NCBI RefSeq assembly: GCF_963921235.1
Contig: NC_086107.1
Location: 96,226,001-96,290,000 of the forward strand
DNA: 64,000 bases
Direction of reading: 5' to 3'
Origin: Mobula hypostoma
Lineage: Eukaryota
Notes under the pieces: model-generated
The model's database searches: none
Told to the model about the DNA's origin: nothing
Seen by the model: the letters and a program-made list of their open reading frames with translations, nothing else
Shown here: positions 55,375 to 64,000 of the stretch, one piece after another
How positions within the stretch are numbered: position 1 is the stretch's first letter
Layout of the letters: every line of letters starts with the position of its first letter
Translations under genes and position numbers: made by a program

Positions 55375-58300
55375 TTAAAATATAATTTTAATTAAATTTT
55401 CAAAAAGAATACATGAAAAGATAAAATCTACCCACCCCCCCTCCCCCCCCATATATAGTCCTACCTAAAAAGAAAGAAAGAGAAAAAAAAGAGCCGCCTG
55501 GGTATTGGAAGGTTTCCACATGCTCCATGGGATTCAAAATAAATTTAGTATAATTATTCGTTACTTTCCCCAAGTAACCAAAATCTTTATCGGAGCACTT
55601 AAATATGCCATCCTATCTTTTGTAAATAAGGGCGCCAAATATTCAAAAATGTTACATATTTATGTCTTAAATTATAAGTAATTTTTTCAAGTGGAATAGA
55701 ACTAGCCATTTCATTATTCCAACAATCCATACTTAAATACGAATCAGATTTCCAAGGAACTGCTATAGTCTTCTTAGTTACTGCCAATGCAATTTTTATA
55801 AATTCTTTCTGATATTTATTCAATTTAAGTTTCGGTTTTATCCCTTCAATATCACCTAATAGAAACAATACAGGGCTATGTGGAAGTTCAATTCCAGTAA
55901 TTTGTTCCAATAAGACTCTTAAATTTATCCAAAAGGGTTGAATTTTAAAACAAGATCAAGTAGAATGTAAAAAAGTACCAATTTCTTGATTACACCGAAA
56001 ACATTTATCAGATAGATTTGAATTTAATCTATTTATTTTTTGTGGTGTAATATATAATTGGTGTAAAAAATTATATTGTACTAATCTAAGTCGAACACTT
56101 ATTGTATTTGTCATACTGTCAAGACAAAGTCTTGATCAATTTGTTTCATCAATATTAATATTCAGATCTGATTTCCATTTTTGCTTTGACTTATGGGTTC
56201 CTTGTTTAATTGTCTGTTCTTGAATCAAATTATACATACAAGAAATACATTTTTTAATTTTCCCTTTTTGAATTAAAATTTCAATTTCATTAGGCTTTGG
56301 CAAAAACATTGTTTGACCCAGCTTACCTATTAAGTAAGCCCTTAATTGAAAGTAACAAATGAAAGTATTATTAGATATTTTATATTTATCCTTTAATTGT
56401 TCAAATGACAACAATATACCTCGCTCAAAACAATCTCCTATAAATTTAATCCCTTTTTGGTACCAATTATATAAAAGTTGATTGTCCATTGTAAAAGGAA
56501 TAAGTCTGTTTTGGAACAAAGTTCTCCTTGCTAATAGAGAATTCTGTGTTTCATAATCAACATTTATCTTATTCCATAGATCAATCAAATGTGTTAATAT
56601 ACGAGATTCTTTCTTTTCCCGTATCCATTTAGATTCCCATTTATATATAAAATCTTCAGGTTTATTTTCTCCTATCTTGTCTAGTTCTATTTTAATCCAT
56701 GCTGGTTTTTGATCATCGAAAAAAGATGCAATAAATCTAAGTTGATTTGCTTTATAGTAGTTTTTAAAGTTTGGAAGTTGTAACCCTCCTAACCCAAATT
56801 TACATGTCAGTTTTTCCAATGATATTCTTGACATTTTACCTTTCCAAAGAAATTTTCTCACACATTTATTTAACTCTTGAAAAAATTTCTGTGGCAATTG
56901 TATTGGTAATGTTTGAAACAAATACTGTAATCTAGGAAATATATTCATTTTTACAACATTGATTCTACCTACTAATGTTATTGGTAGTATCATCCATTTG
57001 TCAAGATCTTCTTGAATTTTTTTCAATAGTGGTAAATAATTAAATTTATATAAATTCTTTAGATCATTATCAAGTCTTATACCTAAATATTTTATACCAT
57101 TTACCGGCCATCTAAATTGGGTTACTAATCGACAATGACTATAGTCTCCTTTAGTAAGAGGTAAAATTTCACTTTTATCCCAATTTATTTTGTAACCTGA
57201 TACCTTCCCATACTCATCCAATCTAGAAGATAATTTATGTAACGAATGTTGTGGGTTCGTTAAATAGATCAAAACATCATCGGCAAAAAGATAAATTTTA
57301 TATTCCTCTTGGTTAACTCTAAAACCCATAATATCTGGATCAATTCTAATTAGTTCTGCTAATGGCTCTATCGCCAATACAAATAAAGCAGGTGATAGTG
57401 GACAACCTTGTCTAGTTGACCTTTTTAACTGGAATGGTGTTGAAATTTGAGAGTTTGTCACTACTTTAGCTTTAGGGTTAGAATTTAAAGTTTTAATCCA
57501 ATTTATAAAAGATGTTCCTAACCCATATTTTTCTAATACTTTAAATAAAAAATCCCATTCTAATCTATCAAATGCTTTTTCTGCATCCAAAGCTACTACT
57601 ATACTCTTCTCATCCCTTTTTTGTGCCAAATGAATTATACTGAGTAGCTGAGTTACATTATCTGCCAATTGTCTATTTTTAATAAATCCTGTTTGATCCA
57701 TATGTATTAATTTTGGTAAATATTTAGATAATCTATTCGATAAAATTTTTGCTATTATTTTATAATCCGTATTCAATAAAGAAATAGGCCTGTATGATGT
57801 TGGTTTCATAGGATCTCTGTCCTTTTTTGGCAATACTATTACAATCGCTGTTGAAAAAGATTCTGGAAGTTTATGTATTTTTTCTGCTTGACGTATTAGT
57901 TCCATAAAAAGAGGAAATAATAAATCTTTAAATATTTTATAAAATTCAGGTGGAAAACCATCTTCTCCTGGAGATTTATTACTTTGGAGTGATCCTAAAG
58001 CTTCTTCAACTTCTTTTAATGTAAAAGGCATATCTAATCCCCTCTGTTCTACCAAATTCAATTTTGGAAGAGAAACTTGTGATAAAAACCTTTCTATCTC
58101 ATTAACATCATTTTGGGATTCTGATTGATATAATTCAGAATAAAAATTTTTAAAGGTTTCATTTATTTCAAGAGGTTTATAAGACATTTTATTTGCCCTT
58201 GTTCTAATTGCATTTATTGTTTTGGAAGCTTGTTCTGTTTTCAACTGCCAGGCAAGAATTTTATGTGCTCTCTCACCTAACTCATAATACCTTTGTTTAG

Positions 58301-59907
58301 TTCTTATAATTGCTTTTTCCGTTCTATATGTCTGAAGCGTATTATATTGTAACTTCTTATTGACAAGTTGTCTTCGTTTTTCTTCTGACATATATCTTTG
58401 AGATTCTTTTTCTATTCTTGTAATCTTTTTCCAATTGATCTAGTTCTGCCATATATTCTTTCTTAAATTTTAGACGTATAACTTATTATCTGGCCCCTAA
58501 GCTATGCTTTCATCGCATCCCATAATATAAATTTATCCTCCACTGAATGAAAATTTGTATCCAAAAAAAATTGAATCTGCTTTTTCATAAAATCACAAAA
58601 ATCTTGACGTTTTAATAATGTTGAATTAAATCTCCATCTATAAGCCACTTCTTCCTTATCAGCCATTATTATTGTCATTAATAAAGGAGAATGATCTGAT
58701 AATATTCTTGCTTTATATTCCATATTTTTCACTCTGTGTTGAATATGCATTGATAATAGAAAAAAAATCTATCCTTGAGTAAGTTTTATGTCTATGGGAA
58801 TAGAACGAATAGTCTCTTTCTTTAGGATTGATTCTTCTCCATATATCTTCAAAAGTTCGTAACTTATATCAGGGTAGAAAAAAACTTTGCTCCCTTTAAT
58901 TATCAATGGCCCTTTTCTATCTTTGGCAGCTCGAGCAGCTGCCTGTAGAATCCTTTCCTTGTCTTGAAATCTTAAGAATTTTATTAAAATCGATCATGGA
59001 TATTGGTCATCTTTTGGTTTTGGTCTTAGAGCTCTATGTGCCCGCTCAATTTCAATTGGTCGAACCTCCTCTCCCATTTGCAAAACATCCGGGATCCATC
59101 TTTGAAAAAATTCTATTGGCTTTTCTCCCTCCATACCTTCTGTAAGACCAACAATTTTAATATTATTACGTCTACTGAAATTTTCCAACATGTCCACTTT
59201 CTCCAAGAGTCGGTTTCTTTCCGAGTTCCAGACAAGCAAATCATTTTCTGTTTTTTCCACTCTATCATTCATAAGCCCCATTTCTCTTTCCATCTTCTGA
59301 AGCTTCTTTTCCATTTTGTCCTGTCTTTCCATAACTTTATTATAGCACCTCTTCGTATCTCTAAGCTCTTCTCTTACTTTTCTTAATTCAGCCGTTGATT
59401 GCAATATAGCCTCTCGTATGTCTCTATCATCTCCTTTACTCCCACTCGCTTCCAATTCTTCCTCCTCTTCTTCATCTGTGTTCTCTGCAGAATCCAGTTC
59501 TGACTCTGAGTCATTTTCAATTGCAGTGGGTGTTGGTTCTTGTAGTTTGCGTTGTGTCGATTTGCGCATGCGCTCTTCTTTGCGCATGCGCATTTCCGGT
59601 GTCTTCTTTGGAGAAACCGTTGCCACCGCCATTGCTCCCTGTTCTACCGAAGGAGATCCAACCTGAGTCCAAGGCTCCATCGTTGCAGTAGGCCCTTTTT
59701 TCTTCCCGTCTCGCGGCTGTTTCGCAACATCAGACTTCTTTTGTTGCAGTTTAGGAGGCATATCGTAAAGTAATCTTACAAAGTTTATAAATAGTTTTCA
59801 GAAAATATTTACCAACTTTGTTTTATTTAAACGGTACTTTACTGATTTGTTGCGGGAGAGCTGGATTTACACGTCTCAATCCCACGTCATCACGTGACGC
59901 CCCCCTC
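55375..59907 (-). mobile_element. L1-clade LINE 'L1-C' with intact ends and an internal deletion, inserted in Gy-B
   Basis: 15-bp TSD GGGAAAACCCATTTT at 55360-55374 and 59908-59922. ORF1 58994-59761 (LENFSRRNNIKIVG, ERAHR); ORF2 56136-58391 (FADD). Confidence 0.88.
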
Positions 59908-61448
59908 GGGAAAACCCATTTTGAAAAGGTAAGTGTGGTGGTGACCAGATGGGAGAACTCTATTGTGTTGACCGACTTTGCTGTTGAGTTCTCTCCCTTA
60001 ATCCCCGAACAAAGCGAACCGCTAAGAGAGCTAATTAAACAGCATGCCCACATAGCTTCAGATGTCCCGAGGCGACGCAAAGAGCTGGGACATGGAGCTG
60101 TTGTCACATCAGGTCAGCCTAGTGAGCAACATCCCTATAGGATGATTAATTCAGTGACAAACGGGCTAAAGAACACAGAAGTGTATATTGGCGATGTAGT
60201 GGTCTGGAATGACACGTGGGAGGAGCACATTATGGCAGTAGAGGAGCTGTTTAAATGGCTGTCTGAAGCCAGCCTGACAGTGAACCTCACAAAAAGTGAG
60301 TTCGGCCACGCGAAGGTCACTTATCTGGGATTTGTGGCAGGACAGGGGCAGCTGGCTCCGATGCAGGCTAAGGTGCGGGCTATCTCTGAAGTCCCCACCC
60401 CGACAGACAAGAGAGCCCTGAGAAGGTTCTTGGAGATGGTGGGGTACTATCGGAAGTTTTGCAGAAAAAAAAACAACTTTGCAGATAGTACCCACCCTCT
60501 TACTAAGCCCTTGCCAAAGAATGCTAAGCCACTGAGTACCCCCTGGGGAAGCCTGAGCACTGGACAGTCGACTACTGGCCTGAGTCACACACTGCACAGA
60601 ACCCCTGCCTCTCCTTCTCTCCGGAAACCATCGGGAACAGGTACGATTCAATTTAATTTCCTCTCCTCAAGCCCCTCTATTTCTTGGTTACCCCTGGTTA
60701 AGCCGTCATAACCCCCACATTGACTGGTCCACTGGGAGATAGTCAGCTGGAGTTCACTCTGCCATTCCACTTGTCTACAATCAGTCCTTTCCCCGGTGAA
60801 GGTCACTGCGACCTCGTCTGCTTCTGAACCCTCCGGCTTATCCAAGGTTCCATTAGAGTATCACGATCTGGGAGAAATGTTTAGCAAGCAATGGGCTCTT
60901 TCCTTGCCTCCACATCGCCCTTACGATTGCACTATTGACCTTCTCCCCGGAGCCTCTCTACCCACCAGTCGGCTGTACAACCTGTCCCAACCAGAAAGGG
61001 AAGCAATGGAGGCTTACCTAAATGAGTCTCTCACCACTGGCATTATCCGACCCTCATCTTCTCCTGTAGGTGCAGGTTTCTTCTTTGTGGGGAAAAGAGA
61101 CGGCTCACTGCACCCCCGCATTGACTACCGTGGCCTGAACAACATCACCACAAAGAATAAGTATCCCCTGCCCCTTATCAACTCTGCTTTCGAGCCCCTT
61201 CACGGAGCCACAATTTTCTCTAAGTTGGACCTGCGGAATGCCTATCACCTGGTCAGGTTACGGGAGGGAGATGAATGGAAAACAGCTTTTAACACCGCCC
61301 CCCCCCCCCCGGTCATTTCAAATATCTGGTCATGCCATTCGGTCTCACCAATGTCTCCGCCGTCTTCCAAGCCCTGGTAAACAATGTCCTTAGGGATCTT
61401 AATCTTCTCCCATAGTCTTCAGGAACACACCCACCATATCCATCAGGT

Positions 61449-62114
61449 AAACACCAGGAATTCTGCAGATGCTGGAAATTCAAGCAACACACATCAAAGT
61501 TGCTGGTGAGTGCAGCAGGCCAAGCAGCATCTCTAGGAAGAGGTACAGTCGACGTTTCAGGCCGAGACCCTTCGTCAGGACTAACTGAAAGAAGAGCTAG
61601 TAAGAGATTTGAAAGTGGGAGGGGGAGGGGGAGATCCAAAATGATAGGAGAAGACAGGAGGGGGAGGAATGGAGCCAAGAGCTGGACAGGTGATTGGCAA
61701 AGGAGATATGAGAGGATCATGGGACAGGAGGCCCAGGGAGAAAGACAAGGGGGGGGGAACCCAAAGGATGGGCAAGGGGCATAGTCAGAGGGACAGAGGG
61801 AGAAAAAGGAGAGTGAGAGAAAGAATGTGTGTATAAAAATAAATAACGGATGGAGTACGAGGGGGAGGTGGGGCATTCGCGGAAGTTAGAGAAGTCAATA
61901 TTCATGCCATCAGGTCAGAGGCTACCCAGACGGAATATAAGGTGTTGTTCCTCCAACCTGAGTGTAGCTTCATCTTTACAGTGGAGGAGGCCGTGGATAG
62001 ACATATCAGAATGGGACTGGGATGTGGAATTAAAATTTGTGGCCACTGGGAGATCCTGCTTTCTCTGGCAGACAGAGCGTAGGTGTCAGCAAAGCGGTCT
62101 CCCAGCCTGCGTCG
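61449..62114 (-). mobile_element. Penelope-like element 3' fragment (GIY-YIG endonuclease C-terminus and 3' region)
   Basis: 13-bp TSD ATATCCATCAGGT at 61436-61448 and 62115-62127. The minus strand gives [14 protein letters not shown]...LPVATNFNS...LEEQHLIFRLGSL.PDGMNIDFSNF. Confidence 0.8.
61547..61582 (-). ncRNA. Minimal type I hammerhead ribozyme
   Basis: AGTC-CTGACGA-AGG(GTCTCGG)CCT-GAAA-CGTC-GACT: conserved core, stem I AGTC/GACT, stem II AGG/CCT, palindromic ACGT stem III. Confidence 0.7.
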
Positions 62115-63100
62115 ATATCCATCAGGTCCTTTCTTCAGAGGCTTTTGGAGAACAAACTATTCGTTAAGGCAGAGAAGTGCAAGTTCCATGCCCATTCTGT
62201 AAGTTTCCAGGGGTACTTCATTGAGAGCGGGCAAGTGAGGGTGGATCCCGAAAAGATCCCGGCGGTGGCACAGTGGCCAAAACCCACTACGCTCAAGCAA
62301 CGTCAGCGATTTCTGGGGTTTGCAAACTTCTACTGTCGCTTCAGCAGGGATTACAGCCGGGTGGCAGCGCTCCTTACTCAACTCACCTCTCCTGCGACCC
62401 TTTATCACTGGACGCCGGAACGGACTCAGCCTTCTCGGAGCTGAAGAGGCGTTTCACCCCCGCTCCCACCCTGGTCCAACCTGACCCCTCTTGCCAATTC
62501 AATGTGGAACTTGACGCCTCCAACTTTGGGGTGGGAGAGGTCCTCTCCCAACGCTCCGGCACAGACCAAAAACTCCATCCCTGCGCCGCCTTCTCTCGCC
62601 GTCTATCCCCCGCCAAATGGAACGATGTTAGGAACCGGGAGTTGCTGGCCATCAAACTCGCCTTGGAGGAGTGGAGGCACTGGCTGGAGGGAGTTGAACA
62701 TCCCTTCATTGTCTGGACAGACCTTAAGAGCCTGGCATACATCCAAACCGCTGGACACCTTAATTCCCGCCAAGCCCGATGGGCATTATTTTTTGGCTGT
62801 TTCAAATTCACCCTCACCTATCCTCCTGGTTCCAAGAATGGGAAGCCAGATGTTATCTCTCGTCAATATGTTTCCGAGGAGAGCCTTCCCAACCCTGATA
62901 CCATCCTGTGTTGTGGCTGCCCTCACTTGCGAGATCGAATCCATAGTCAAAAAGGCCCAACGGACCCAATCTGACCCAGGCAATGGACCCCCCAATCACT
63001 TCTTCGTGCTTGTCTCTGTTTGGTCTCAGGTTCTCCAGTGGGGGCATAGTTCTCGTTTCGCCTGCCATCCCGGAATCGATCGAACTCTGTCCCTTCTTTT

Positions 63101-64000
63101 GGATCGGGATAACAGAGTGGTGTGGGAGCTGAAATTCTGAAGTAAGGCAGTTTTTTAAAAAACTTCTTCGAGTGCAAGAAGAAGGAGACTGCACAGGCGC
63201 GTGATGTAACAGGACAGAGTGGAGCGTTTAAAAAGGGGACCACCCTATACAGCGGGCAGCTGTCGGAGCGGGCAGCGCAGTGAGTGGTAGCAGAGTGTAG
63301 GGCTTTGGCTTCAACGGGCTTCGGCGGTGACGGGAAGAGGAAAGAGCGAGGAACCAACTCTTTGTTCCCCCACTCCCCTTGGCGAATCAGCCCGGACAGA
63401 CAGGATCAGCAGGGCTCACACAGCTAACGGTACGAACTAACAGTTTAAAAAGTTCATCTGTTTGGCAAGGTAAGTGGGTGAGTAGACTTATTATTTTTCC
63501 TGTTTCATTCCTGTAGAATTAGCTAGCATGCCTGCAGGGTTAGTGCTATGTTCAGGGTGTCAGATGTGGGAATCCTGCAAGACCTCCAGCCTCCCTGATG
63601 GCCACATCTGCGCCAGGTGCACCGAGATGCAGCTCCTCAGAGACCGTGTTAGGGATCTGGAGCTGCAGCTTGAGGACCTACTGCTTATCAGGGAAAGTGA
63701 AGAGGTGATAAACAGGAACTACAGGGAGGTAATCATCCCTAGGCTACAGGGGTCAGAAAATTGGGTGACTGTCAGGAGAGGGAAGGAAAATGCCCGGAGA
63801 GTGGAGAGCACACCTGTGGCTGTCCCCCTCCGCATCTTGTTCTGGATGCTGTTGAGGGGGATGACCTGACAGGGGACGCCCATAGTGACCGGGTCTCTGT
63901 CACTGAGCCTGGCGCTGTTGTGCAGGAGGGAAGGAGGGAGAAGAGGAATGCAGTAGTCATAGGGGATTCCATAGTCAGGGGAATGGACAGGAGATTCTGC
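63101..64000 (+). mobile_element. CR1-clade LINE 5' end (5'UTR and ORF1 from 63528, frameshifted), continuing beyond the window
   Basis: CSGCQMW...CARC zinc finger, leucine zipper, WVTVRRGK, then the esterase motif AVVIGDSIVRG at ~63950. The 5' boundary is approximate. Confidence 0.78.

Larger units (their letters stand above)
52200..60527 (+). mobile_element. Gmr1-like Ty3/Gypsy 'Gy-B' (SCAN-like gag; PR-IN-RT order), internally deleted, no 3' LTR
   Basis: gag pieces 53143-53736 and ORF 53740-55395 with ELVPEAYRQRFR, CYNCGKVGHFASRC, RDPGACQS and LAH..GGHFG..YW..YC. RT piece YIGDVVV...RRFLEMVGYYRKF at 59923-60527. Confidence 0.78.
51606..63100 (+). mobile_element. Sushi/Tf1-like Ty3/Gypsy 'Gy-A' remnant: gag N-terminus 52043-52190, pol pieces ~60530-61448 and 62128-63100, with nested insertions
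   Basis: [58 protein letters not shown]; RNase [26 protein letters not shown]; integrase zinc finger [11 protein letters not shown]. Confidence 0.75.

Overview
Eukaryotic (vertebrate) DNA with no host protein-coding gene; the repeat content looks like a cartilaginous fish, but that is inference. The window is built around two convergent U2 snRNA genes. Both are broken at the same nucleotide (U2 nt 38/39, immediately after the GUAGUA branch-site recognition sequence) by head-to-tail arrays of a ~5.1-kb Tx1-clade, APE-endonuclease non-LTR retrotransposon of the Keno type. On the + strand there are at least 2 nearly identical copies (the second has intact ORF1 and ORF2), followed by U2 nt 39-end at 8263. 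On the - strand, one U2 gene has its 5' end at 50494-50545 and its 3' part at 10478-10625. About 40 kb separates them: five decayed Keno-type copies, each separated by the 14-nt U2 fragment TCTGTTCTTATCAG, plus two fused L1 elements (one interrupted by a CR1) sitting in a single 15-bp TSD at the U2/Keno junction. Shared lesions suggest the internal array copies are recombinant hybrids amplified by unequal crossing-over. The last 12.5 kb is a nest of decayed elements: a Rex/Babar-like fragment, a sushi-like Gypsy, a Gmr1-like SCAN-gag Gypsy, an L1, a Penelope-like fragment carrying a minimal hammerhead ribozyme, and a CR1 5' end. All family assignments come from motif recognition by eye; no searches were run.
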